In this document: piece by piece, positions 20,311 through 29,900 of the stretch
Layout: each line of letters opens with the position of its first letter
Position numbering within the stretch: position 1 is the first letter of the stretch
Origin: an uncultured Lentimicrobiaceae bacterium
GTDB lineage: Bacteria > Bacteroidota > Bacteroidia > Bacteroidales > F082
DNA: 57,085 nt
Assembly: GCA_964473895.1 (NCBI GenBank)
Contig: CAYYRE010000002.1
Span: forward strand, 1-57,085
Direction: 5' to 3'
Program-made: the position numbers and the translations under genes
The notes under the pieces: generated by a model
Database searches by the model: none
What the model saw: the letters and a program-made list of their open reading frames with translations, nothing else
What the model was told of the DNA's origin: nothing

Positions 20311-21294
20311 ATGGAACAAACACTACAGGCATTTGATCATATTCGATTGAATTTCAGTCCGCAGGGACTTCAGGTGCTGAATATCACGTTGGCTTTTGTG
20401 ATGTTTGGCGTGGCATTGGAAATCAAGCCCGAACATTTTAAAAAGTTATTGTACAATCCGAAGTCGGCGCTGGTAGGAGTTGCTTCCCAGTTTCTTGTGC
20501 TGCCGTTTCTTACCTTTTTGCTTACGCTGTTGCTAAAAAGTTATATCACGCCTACCATTGCCTTGGGGATGATTTTGGTGGCGGCTTGTCCGGGAGGGAA
20601 CGTTTCCAATTTTATTTCCTCGCTGGCCAAAGGCAATGTGGCCCTTTCGGTGAGCTTGACGGCCATTGCCACCATGGCGGCGGTTTTTATGACCCCGTTG
20701 AATTTTTCGTTGTGGGGAAATTTATACACCCGGTTTTTGGCACATCATGCCCAGGCTACCCAGTTGGTACGTCCGTTACATATTGATACGTTACAGATGT
20801 TTCAGACCGTTTTTCTCATCCTTGGAATCCCGTTGATCCTCGGTATTTTTGTGAATACACGGTGGCCGCGTCAGACTTTGAAAATGATTAAACCCATCAA
20901 ACGGCTTTCCATTGTGTTGTTTGCAGTGATTGTGGTGATTGCCTTTGCCAAGAATTTCAGTCACTTTTTGGTGGTGATCAAATACATTTTTCTTATCGTA
21001 TTGGTACATAATGCCATGGCGCTTTTTTCGGGCTATTATATGGCCAAAATTTTTAAAAGACCGGTGGTGGACCGCCGGACCATTTCCATTGAAACGGGGA
21101 TACAAAATTCGGGTTTGGCATTGGTATTAATTTTCAATCCTAAAATTTTCCCACCCGATCTGGAGTTGGGTGGTATGGCCATTATTGCGGCCTGGTGGGG
21201 TATCTGGCACATTGTGGCGGGCCTCTCCATTGCCGGTTTATGGAACCGGCCAAACCTGCGTGTGGCTTTTCTTAAGATGTTACGAATAAGGTAA
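20311..21294 (+). CDS. Bile acid:sodium symporter family (BASS) transporter
   Basis: CPGGNVSN, GNVALSVSLT, ETGIQNSGL, WWGIWH. Confidence 0.93.
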   Translation: MEQTLQAFDHIRLNFSPQGLQVLNITLAFVMFGVALEIKPEHFKKLLYNPKSALVGVASQFLVLPFLTFLLTLLLKSYITPTIALGMILVAACPGGNVSNFISSLAKGNVALSVSLTAIATMAAVFMTPLNFSLWGNLYTRFLAHHAQATQLVRPLHIDTLQMFQTVFLILGIPLILGIFVNTRWPRQTLKMIKPIKRLSIVLFAVIVVIAFAKNFSHFLVVIKYIFLIVLVHNAMALFSGYYMAKIFKRPVVDRRTISIETGIQNSGLALVLIFNPKIFPPDLELGGMAIIAAWWGIWHIVAGLSIAGLWNRPNLRVAFLKMLRIR

Positions 21295-21296
21295 TC

Positions 21297-22673
21297 ATGG
21301 GTGTTGAAAATATTGAAAAATATTCCCGGGGGTTTGCTGTCTTAAAGGCATATCTTAAAGTATGGCACGATAAAATCTTTTATCGAAAGGTGGAATATGT
21401 CCATCGGGAGAAGGTTCCGCTGGAACGTCCGTTGATTTTTACGCCCAACCATCAAAATGCTTTGATGGATGCGCTGGCTATTGAGTTTTCGTTTGACAAC
21501 CAGTTTGTTTTTGTGGCGCGGTCGGATATTTTTAAGAATAAATGGATTGCCCGTATTCTTTATTTTTTAAAAATCCTTCCGGTTTACCGGATTCGCGATG
21601 GATACGATTCGTTGAAAAAAAATGAGTTGGTGTTTAAAAAAACATTGGATATCATCCGTAACAAAAATGGGTTTGTGATTTTTCCGGAAGGAAACCATGC
21701 GGGCATCCGGCGCTTGCGCGGACTGAAAAAAGGGTTTGCCCGGATTGCTTTTCAGGCGGAAGAAGCGGAAAAATTTTTGCTGGATATGCGGGTAGTGCCG
21801 GTGGGTATCAACTATTCCGATTACGAACATTTCCGGTCGGATTTGCTGGTGGTTTTCGGTGAGGCATTTCCTGTTTCCGATTTTTTTGAGGATTTTAAGG
21901 TCCAACCGGCTGTGGCTTACAACCGGATCAAAGAAAAACTGTCGGCCGCCATAAAGCCCCTCATTATTCATATCGACAGCCAGTACTATGATGCCTGTTT
22001 TTTTCTATCTAAAGCCTATCGTACAGTAGCTTGCCGCGAGATGCAAATGAACCCGGAAAAACTGTATGATCAATTTCGTGCCCAAAAAACCATCATCGGT
22101 TGCCTTGAGAAGTATGAGGCGGATGATCCGGCAAAGATGAAAGCCTTATCGGAAAAGGTATCCCGGTATGTTTCGGCATTGAAAAACATGCGGCTTGAGG
22201 ATGTGCATCCGGTGGCGGTAGCCGGAACGGTTTGGCGGTCATTGCTGCTTGTTTTGGGCTTGCCGTTTTTTGTATACGGATACCTGAACAATATTTTTCC
22301 ATGGAATATCAGCGAAATGACCGGACGCCGGAGGTCCGATCCGCAGTTTCGCAGTTCGTTTAAGTTTGTTTTGAGTTTTTTGAGCTTTCCGGTGTTTTAT
22401 TTTTTGCAAACCTGGTTTTTTTATGTATGGGTTTCCGGTACTTGGTGGTCAGCGGTTTACTTTGTTTCGTTGCCCGTTTCGGCGGCGGTGGCCTGGTGGT
22501 ATGCCGGACTGTTTGCTCAAACCAGGTACCAATGGCGTTACCTGGTCAGAAAATATAAAAAAGATGCTTTGCTTGCACAGGCCCAACAGGATGACAAGGA
22601 ACTGATGACCCAAATGGAAAATATTTTTCATACGTACCGTGGTGCCATGCAGCAATTCATGGGTAAAAGTTGA
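21297..22673 (+). CDS. 1-acyl-sn-glycerol-3-phosphate acyltransferase (PlsC family) with C-terminal membrane domain
   Basis: NHQNALMD (HX4D), ARSDIF, FPEG. Confidence 0.88.
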   Translation: MGVENIEKYSRGFAVLKAYLKVWHDKIFYRKVEYVHREKVPLERPLIFTPNHQNALMDALAIEFSFDNQFVFVARSDIFKNKWIARILYFLKILPVYRIRDGYDSLKKNELVFKKTLDIIRNKNGFVIFPEGNHAGIRRLRGLKKGFARIAFQAEEAEKFLLDMRVVPVGINYSDYEHFRSDLLVVFGEAFPVSDFFEDFKVQPAVAYNRIKEKLSAAIKPLIIHIDSQYYDACFFLSKAYRTVACREMQMNPEKLYDQFRAQKTIIGCLEKYEADDPAKMKALSEKVSRYVSALKNMRLEDVHPVAVAGTVWRSLLLVLGLPFFVYGYLNNIFPWNISEMTGRRRSDPQFRSSFKFVLSFLSFPVFYFLQTWFFYVWVSGTWWSAVYFVSLPVSAAVAWWYAGLFAQTRYQWRYLVRKYKKDALLAQAQQDDKELMTQMENIFHTYRGAMQQFMGKS

Positions 22674-22759
22674 GCGGTTTGCCACAGGGGGCCTTTTTCT
22701 GTTTGTCTTGTTCTGAAGTAGGTGAAAACGAAAAGTCAACCCATTTCCGAACAATTCAT
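22653..22759. repeat. 91-bp segment flanked by direct repeat CAATTCAT; possible miniature inserted element
   Basis: CAATTCAT at 22653-22660 and 22752-22759; its left end matches 32904-32937. Confidence 0.45.
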
Positions 22760-22780
22760 GTCTTGTTACTTCCCGGGCGG

Positions 22781-23392
22781 TTAAGGGTAAATCCGGTAAC
22801 GGATATGATTGTCGTGCAACATGTTGAACGGGATGCTGATTCCCATGGTGTACCAGGTAGCGTTTTGGGTTTCGTTGTAGGCCTGAATGAGTGTAACGGG
22901 ATAAGTGATGCCACTTACTTTTTGTTTTATGCGTTTCCGGGTGCTGGTTTCCGGATGGGTTTCCTGTAATTTTTTCCATTCGTCCGGGTTGATCCGGGGC
23001 AAAAGGCTTTCTTTTAAAAAGCGTTTGATTTGGGGGAATCCTGCCCAGAAAACCCTTTCGGGGAAAAAGTAGGCAAGGAAAGCGGCTTGTGAGTGGATGG
23101 CCCAGCCGGGTGTTTCCGGATATTTGCTGTACAGTTCGAGGTACAGGTCATCGAAATCGCGTGTTCTTTTCTTTTCGCTGACGGAAACGCGTCCGTTTTC
23201 CAGGGTCAGCCACAGGTCGATGTCTTTTTGTTGAAAAGCTTTCCCCTTGGATGTATGGTAGTCGCATCGTTCAATTTTCAGGGCGTGTAAGCGGGTTGTG
23301 TAAAAAGTGTCGGCCCGGTGGAAATTGTCGGTTTCTTTTTTGCGGCTTTCGTAGAAGTGGTGAGGCATGGGTGCTGGTTTTTCATTGGCCAT
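22781..23392 (-). CDS. Hypothetical protein with PD-(D/E)XK nuclease-like motif pattern
   Basis: QQKDID-x11-SEKKR-x4-DLYLE-x2-S-x6-GW pattern; own -7-like box TACCTTCG just upstream. Confidence 0.6.
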   Translation of the reverse strand: MANEKPAPMPHHFYESRKKETDNFHRADTFYTTRLHALKIERCDYHTSKGKAFQQKDIDLWLTLENGRVSVSEKKRTRDFDDLYLELYSKYPETPGWAIHSQAAFLAYFFPERVFWAGFPQIKRFLKESLLPRINPDEWKKLQETHPETSTRKRIKQKVSGITYPVTLIQAYNETQNATWYTMGISIPFNMLHDNHIRYRIYP

Positions 23393-23454
23393 GTGTTGGC
23401 CTACGAAGGTAAGGAAATTTCTTTTTTCCGTTTCAATTTGTTTTGTTTTTGTAA

Positions 23455-23623
23455 CCCGGCGCAGGCTCCGAAGGAGTTCCTTTGGAAGATAGGAGCGGGT
23501 AGCCCGCAGGCGGCGGTGGCTGTGAAGCCGGTGCGGGCGGTGCGACAGCGAAGCACCCGCCCGCGCGCTGGCTGAACGGCACTGCCGGCGAGGACTACAA
23601 GCGGATAGCCCGCCCGGCGCCCC
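23455..23623 (-). ncRNA. Flavo-1-like structured RNA / repeat element
   Basis: Minus strand GGGCG..CGGGCTATCCGCT..AGTCCTCG-[long hairpin]-CTGCGGGCTACCCGCTCCTATC..CCTGCGC resembles the Flavo-1 motif as I recall it; GC-rich island with a long imperfect hairpin at 23511-23587. Confidence 0.55.
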
Positions 23624-23706
23624 TGTAAATCAGCTTGTTGTGTGTGTGGGATTTGAAATGCCGGAAATTTTTTTTTGCAAAAAGGTGGTGGGAATAAAAA
23701 TTTACA

Positions 23707-23714
23707 TAGTTTTG
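23707..23714 (+). promoter_or_regulatory. -7 box TAGTTTTG for the met operon leader
   Basis: TAnnTTTG match about 30 nt before the SAM-I aptamer. Confidence 0.65.
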
Positions 23715-23745
23715 TGCCATTATTCAAATGTTCCTTCCGAAGGAG

Positions 23746-23865
23746 GTTTGAATTATACAGAGGAGTGGAGAGAACAGGCTCAGCGAAGCTCCGGCAACCT
23801 GCCAAAATGGAAAGGTGCCAATACCTGCCGCCCCGGGCAAAACCGGACGGAATTATAATTTAAAC
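23746..23865 (+). promoter_or_regulatory. SAM-I (S-box) riboswitch
   Basis: P1 GTTTGAATTATA/TATAATTTAAAC; GAGGAGTGGAGAGA..GGCTC.GCGAAGCTCC, GGCAACC, GGTGCCAA; pseudoknot CAGG/CCTG; upstream of Met biosynthesis genes. Confidence 0.92.
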
Positions 23866-23873
23866 AAAAGAAA

Positions 23874-23987
23874 ATGAAGACCATCACTTTTTTCTTTTCC
23901 GGCAAAAACAGTATCCTTTTCAGGAGGAGTATTCTGCCGATTTGTTATCCCCTTTCGTTGTTTGGCCTGCCTATGCGGATGCGATAG
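23874..23987 (+). CDS. Putative 37-aa leader peptide MKTITFFFSGKNSILFRRSILPICYPLSLFGLPMRMR
   Basis: A-rich initiation context AAACAAAAGAAA-ATG, 8 nt after riboswitch P1; two Met codons next to the stop, inside a hairpin. Confidence 0.55.
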   Translation: MKTITFFFSGKNSILFRRSILPICYPLSLFGLPMRMR

Positions 23988-24086
23988 GGGCAGGCGGTAT
24001 CCCATGGCTTGTCCCTTCATCACCTGGCAACTTGTTGTCTGACGGAAGAATTATCTTTTTTTTAAAACCCATTGAAATATCGAAGC

Positions 24087-25451
24087 ATGCATAAAATAGT
24101 AGTTAAAATAGGAGGCTCCAACCTAAAGAATGCCGAAAGTATCGGGCAGGTGATGGCTTTAATGAAAGCGTATCAAGTTCCTGTGTTGTTGGTGGTTTCG
24201 GCTTTTTACGGGGTGACCAACCGGTTGGAAGCGGCCGTGCAAGCCGGAGGGCAGCCGGATGCGCGGTTGCCGGAGGAGCTGCTTGTTTTACACCGGGAAG
24301 TTTTGCAAAAGTTTGTACCGGTTGCGGAAAGTCGTGCCCGGACGGAGCAGTTGCTGGAAGCGGCCATTGCCCGGCTGAAAGAATTGTTGGGGTCATCGCG
24401 GCGGCAGGAAGCGGCCGTAGCCAATGAGATTTTGAGTTACGGTGAGCGGCTCAGTGCTTTGACCATTCGGGCGGTGTTGGAAGCAGGCGGTGTACCGTGC
24501 CGGCTGGCGCTGCCTGAGGAGATAGGGATGGTGAGCAACCGGCGGTTTTTTCAGGGGAGCATTTTGCTGAAAAAGACGGCCGCCAACCTGAAAAAATCGC
24601 TGGACCCGGAAACTACTTATGTTATTCCCGGATTTTACGGGGTCAGCGAGCAGGGGGAAACCGTATTGCTGGGGCGGGGTGGTTCGGACTATTCGGCTGC
24701 TTGTCTGGCGCATTGTACGGAAGCCCGGTGGCTTGATGTGTGGAAAGATGTGGAAGGTTATTTGAGTGGTGACCCGAAACGCATCCGGGGTGTAAAAAAA
24801 ATCCCGCACCTGAATTATTTGGAGGCGGCGGAGCTCTCTTATTTCGGAGCACGCATCCTGCATCCGCGGACCATCCGTCCGCTGGTATCCAGGGGGATTA
24901 CCGTGCGGATTTTCCATCCCGATAAACATCCCGACCCCAATATCGACAAAGCTTCGACATACATTAACGGGGAAAACCCGGCCGGAACAGGTTTTGTAAA
25001 AAGTGTGACGGGAAACGAAGACATCGCCCTGCTGAAGTTGAAAGGCAGCGGGGTGGGAATCAAAAAAGGCATCCTTGCCGAAGTGACGGGCGCTTTTGAC
25101 CGGGCACGAATCAATATCCGGTCGGTGGTCACCTCGCAAACGGCCATTCATTTTATCTTTTCGCGTGCCGATGCTTATGCGGCCCGCAAAATTGTAGATG
25201 CCTTAAACCACAACCTGGATTTTGATACCGAACTGGTGGATGACATTGCCTGGGTAGCCGCTGTAGGGCAAGGAATAAACCGCACAGAAGGTATCGCCGC
25301 CCGCATATTTTCGGCGTTGGCCAAAGCCCGTATCAATGTTCAGCAGATTGTGCTGGGCGCTTCCGAAGTGGCCATATATTTTGTTGTTCAACGTCCATTG
25401 GCGGCGTTGGCGACACAAGTTATTCATGAAGAATTATTTACAAAAAACTAA
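24087..25451 (+). CDS. Monofunctional aspartate kinase with ACT domains
   Basis: VVKIGGS, VVSA, SYGERLSA, LGRGGSDYSA, WKDVEG, EAAELSYFGARILHP. Start placed at ATG 24087. Confidence 0.92.
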   Translation: MHKIVVKIGGSNLKNAESIGQVMALMKAYQVPVLLVVSAFYGVTNRLEAAVQAGGQPDARLPEELLVLHREVLQKFVPVAESRARTEQLLEAAIARLKELLGSSRRQEAAVANEILSYGERLSALTIRAVLEAGGVPCRLALPEEIGMVSNRRFFQGSILLKKTAANLKKSLDPETTYVIPGFYGVSEQGETVLLGRGGSDYSAACLAHCTEARWLDVWKDVEGYLSGDPKRIRGVKKIPHLNYLEAAELSYFGARILHPRTIRPLVSRGITVRIFHPDKHPDPNIDKASTYINGENPAGTGFVKSVTGNEDIALLKLKGSGVGIKKGILAEVTGAFDRARINIRSVVTSQTAIHFIFSRADAYAARKIVDALNHNLDFDTELVDDIAWVAAVGQGINRTEGIAARIFSALAKARINVQQIVLGASEVAIYFVVQRPLAALATQVIHEELFTKN

Positions 25452-26750
<1,299 letters not shown>

Positions 26751-26753
26751 CCG

Positions 26754-27773
26754 ATGCAGGGGAAATTTGTTTTGAATGAGCCTTTCCCGCTGGAGAGCGG
26801 TGCGCGGCTTCCCGGGGTGGAGATAGCCTATCACACCTTCGGGGAGCTAAATGCCGCAGCGGATAATGTGGTTTGGATTTGCCATGCCTTGACGGCCAAT
26901 GCGGATGTGTCGGACTGGTGGAGCGGTATGGTAGGCGCCGGGAAATGTTTCGATCCGGAAAAACATTTCATTGTCTGCGCCAACATTTTGGGATCCTGTT
27001 ACGGTACCACAGGGCCGCTTTCGGCAGATGAAAACGGGGAAATTTATTTTGACCGTTTTCCGGTGGTTACTATCCGGGATATGGTAAGGGCGCACGCTTT
27101 GTTACGTCGCCACTTGGGGATAAAAAAGATTGACCTGCTGACCGGAGGGTCCATTGGAAGTTTCCAGGCCGTGGAATGGGCGGTGATGGAGCCGGAAAAT
27201 ATAGAGCATCTTGTGTTGATTGCAGGCGGTGCACAAACGACTGCCTGGACGGCGGGATGGAATGAGGCGCAGCGCATGGCCCTGCGTGCCGACCGGAGTT
27301 TTTATGATAAAAGTCCCGATGGCGGTAAGGAGGGGATGAAAGCGGCACGGGCCATGGCTTTACTCAGCTACCGTAATGCTGTGGCTTATAACCGGACACA
27401 ACCCATTGATCCCACGGATGATTTCCGGCGGTTGAAAGCCATTACTTATCAGCAGTATCAGGGAGAAAAGCTGGCGCGGCGCTTTGATGCACGATCCTAT
27501 TATCTGCTCACGCAGGCCTTCGACAGTCATCATGTGGGGCGCGGACGCGGGGGCGTGGAAAAAGCGTTGTCGTCCCTATCGGCTAAAACCCTGGTTTTGG
27601 GGATTGATACGGATATCTTGTTTCCGGAAGAAGACCAGCAAGTGTTGGCCCGGTTTATTCCGGGTGCCCGGCTGGAGTGGCTGCATTCCGATTTCGGACA
27701 CGATGGCTTTTTGCTGGAATTTGAACAGATGACAAAAATTATTTCCGCTTTCTGGAAAGCAGAGCGGCAGTAG
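26754..27773 (+). CDS. metX: Homoserine O-acetyltransferase
   Basis: CHALTAN, NILGSCYG, GGSIG nucleophile elbow, DTDILFP, GHDGFLLE. Confidence 0.93.
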   Translation: MQGKFVLNEPFPLESGARLPGVEIAYHTFGELNAAADNVVWICHALTANADVSDWWSGMVGAGKCFDPEKHFIVCANILGSCYGTTGPLSADENGEIYFDRFPVVTIRDMVRAHALLRRHLGIKKIDLLTGGSIGSFQAVEWAVMEPENIEHLVLIAGGAQTTAWTAGWNEAQRMALRADRSFYDKSPDGGKEGMKAARAMALLSYRNAVAYNRTQPIDPTDDFRRLKAITYQQYQGEKLARRFDARSYYLLTQAFDSHHVGRGRGGVEKALSSLSAKTLVLGIDTDILFPEEDQQVLARFIPGARLEWLHSDFGHDGFLLEFEQMTKIISAFWKAERQ

Positions 27774-27793
27774 TAAAATTTAATTTGGAGCAG

Positions 27794-28981
27794 ATGAAGA
27801 AATTGAATATCGGAATGATTGGTTTCGGCACCGTGGGACAGGGGCTCTACCGGGTGCTGCAAAAAAGCAAAACGGTGGAAACATCCCTGCGGGCCATTTG
27901 TATAAAACATGAAAACAAAAGCCGTAGCATCGATTCCCCATTGCTTACTGTTGACAAGAATAAGATTATAAATGATCCGGATATCCATGTGGTGGTCGAA
28001 TTGATTGATGATGCCGATGAAGCGTACCGGATGGTGAAAGCATCGCTTCGGCGGGGAAAAAATGTGGTATCGGGAAACAAAAAAATGTTGGCGGCTCATT
28101 TGGAAGAGCTTATTCAACTTCAACAGGAGTATAAGGTTTCGTTGCTTTACGATGCTTCGGCCTGTGGCTCCATTCCCATTATCCGGAATCTTGAAGAGTA
28201 TTACGACAACGACCTGTTGAAATCCATTACGGGCATTCTGAACGGTTCATCCAACTATATCCTGTCGCAGATTTTCAGGAAAAATAAACCCTATGCCGAG
28301 GCGCTGAAAGAGGCACAAAATCTGGGTTTTGCCGAAAGCAATCCCGATGCGGATGTGCAGGGCTATGATGCGCTGTATAAACTGGTGATTATCACGGCAC
28401 ATGCTTTTGGGACGGTGGTGCAGGCTGCAGAGGTTTTTCGTTTCGGAATTGATAAAATCAGTGATTTTGATGTGCGGTTTGCCAAAGAAAAAGGGTGGAA
28501 AATCAAACTGGTGGCCAAAGTGATGAAAACCGGTAACGACCGGATGGCTCTGTGGGTGGCACCGCAATTTGTGCAAGAAGACGATTACATTTTTAATGTG
28601 GAAGACGAATACAACGGGGTGGTCATCGAAGGCGAATTTTACGACAAACAGTTTATGTTTGGTAAGGGGGCCGGCGGTTTCCCCACAGGCTCGGCGGTTT
28701 TGTCGGACATTACTGCTTTGAGCCACAGTTACAAATATGAGTATAAAAAACGCAAATATTTCCCTGTTCCGGAAACCACCAGGGAGGTGCTTTTACAGGT
28801 TTATGTACGTTATGATGATGAGAAAGACCTGGCGCATTTTGATTTTAAGGAGATTACCGAACAATACAGCGGACAGGGTACGCATTATGTGATAGGGAAA
28901 ATTGTTTTGAACGATTTGTGGAAACTCAGTGGTGTTTTGCCACGGCTTTCCCTGTTTTTGGGGATACTGTCGGCTTGCTAA
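27794..28981 (+). CDS. hom: Homoserine dehydrogenase
   Basis: IGFGTVG, VVSGNK, ACGSIPII, GILNGSSNYIL, GKGAGGFPTGSAVLSD. Start placed at ATG 27794. Confidence 0.93.
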   Translation: MKKLNIGMIGFGTVGQGLYRVLQKSKTVETSLRAICIKHENKSRSIDSPLLTVDKNKIINDPDIHVVVELIDDADEAYRMVKASLRRGKNVVSGNKKMLAAHLEELIQLQQEYKVSLLYDASACGSIPIIRNLEEYYDNDLLKSITGILNGSSNYILSQIFRKNKPYAEALKEAQNLGFAESNPDADVQGYDALYKLVIITAHAFGTVVQAAEVFRFGIDKISDFDVRFAKEKGWKIKLVAKVMKTGNDRMALWVAPQFVQEDDYIFNVEDEYNGVVIEGEFYDKQFMFGKGAGGFPTGSAVLSDITALSHSYKYEYKKRKYFPVPETTREVLLQVYVRYDDEKDLAHFDFKEITEQYSGQGTHYVIGKIVLNDLWKLSGVLPRLSLFLGILSAC

Positions 28982-29451
28982 ATTGTCGATTCCTTATCTT
29001 TGGTTAGTGTTTTCAACCAGCCGTTGTCGGCTTCGGGATAACTGTCGATGTCGGTGGTGTAAGGTTTTATATCCAGCAGCGGGGTGCCATCGATCATATC
29101 GGCGCCCGTAAAATAAATCCGGTTGCCCTCGATTTTTTTTAGCCGTATAATGGTGAGGCCAATACCGTTGGGACGGCGCGGGCTCCGGATGGCAAAAACC
29201 CCTTTGATTTGGTGATGTCTTGGTGTTATTTGTGTCAGCAGATAACCTTTCGATTGGTGAAAATGAAAGATAAGGTAAAGATGGCTGAAGCTTTCGAGCC
29301 CCAGCAGCCCTTCGGTGTATTCCGGAAAGATCTCAACCACTCCATCGTTGTTTTCTCCAAACCGTCCCTGGCGCGGGATCTTTGTTTTTCCGTCAAATGG
29401 GGTGTGAATGATGCCGATGGGCGAAAATTCTATCTTTAGGTTATTTTGCAT
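28978..29451 (-). CDS. trmO: tRNA m6t6A37 methyltransferase TrmO (TsaA)
   Basis: PIGIIHTPF, PRQ, GVFAIRSPRRPNGIG, DMIDGTPLLDIKPY. Confidence 0.9.
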   Translation of the reverse strand: MQNNLKIEFSPIGIIHTPFDGKTKIPRQGRFGENNDGVVEIFPEYTEGLLGLESFSHLYLIFHFHQSKGYLLTQITPRHHQIKGVFAIRSPRRPNGIGLTIIRLKKIEGNRIYFTGADMIDGTPLLDIKPYTTDIDSYPEADNGWLKTLTKDKESTI

Positions 29452-29472
29452 TGGGTGCTTTTGCGGACAAAA

Positions 29473-29769
29473 TTATAAAAACTGTTGGACTATGCCGATG
29501 ATTTGCTGGGCGGGAATAACCCCGGCCTGACGGAATTTGATTTCCCCGTTTTTGAAGATCATAAGTGTGGGTACGTTTTGAATCATGTATTTTCGGGCAA
29601 TGGCCGGATTTTTATCCACATCTACTTTTAAAATCCGGATACGGTCACCGAGCTGTTGTTTTACCTGTTTTAAAATGGGCGGCATCATGCGGCAAGGCTG
29701 ACACCACTCGGCTGAAAAGTCAATCAGTACCGGTTTGTCTCCGTTTATGATTTGGCTGAATTTACTCAT
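29473..29769 (-). CDS. trxA: Thioredoxin
   Basis: DFSAEWCQPC, VDVDKNP, VPTL. Confidence 0.9.
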   Translation of the reverse strand: MSKFSQIINGDKPVLIDFSAEWCQPCRMMPPILKQVKQQLGDRIRILKVDVDKNPAIARKYMIQNVPTLMIFKNGEIKFRQAGVIPAQQIIGIVQQFL

Positions 29770-29900
29770 CTTTTGTCTCCTTTCTGTTTTTTTTCACCCC
29801 ATTTATCAAAGATTATGCCTCTGGCAAAATGGCAGTTTTTTTGCAAATGGCTGTTGCACAGAATAGGATTTCAAAACAGGCAGACGGGGTGGTTCTCCGG

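Noticed and set aside
23401-23805. 134-aa minus ORF and other short ORFs over 23318-23863
   Set aside because: They overlap the GC-rich structured element and the riboswitch, where stop scarcity explains them
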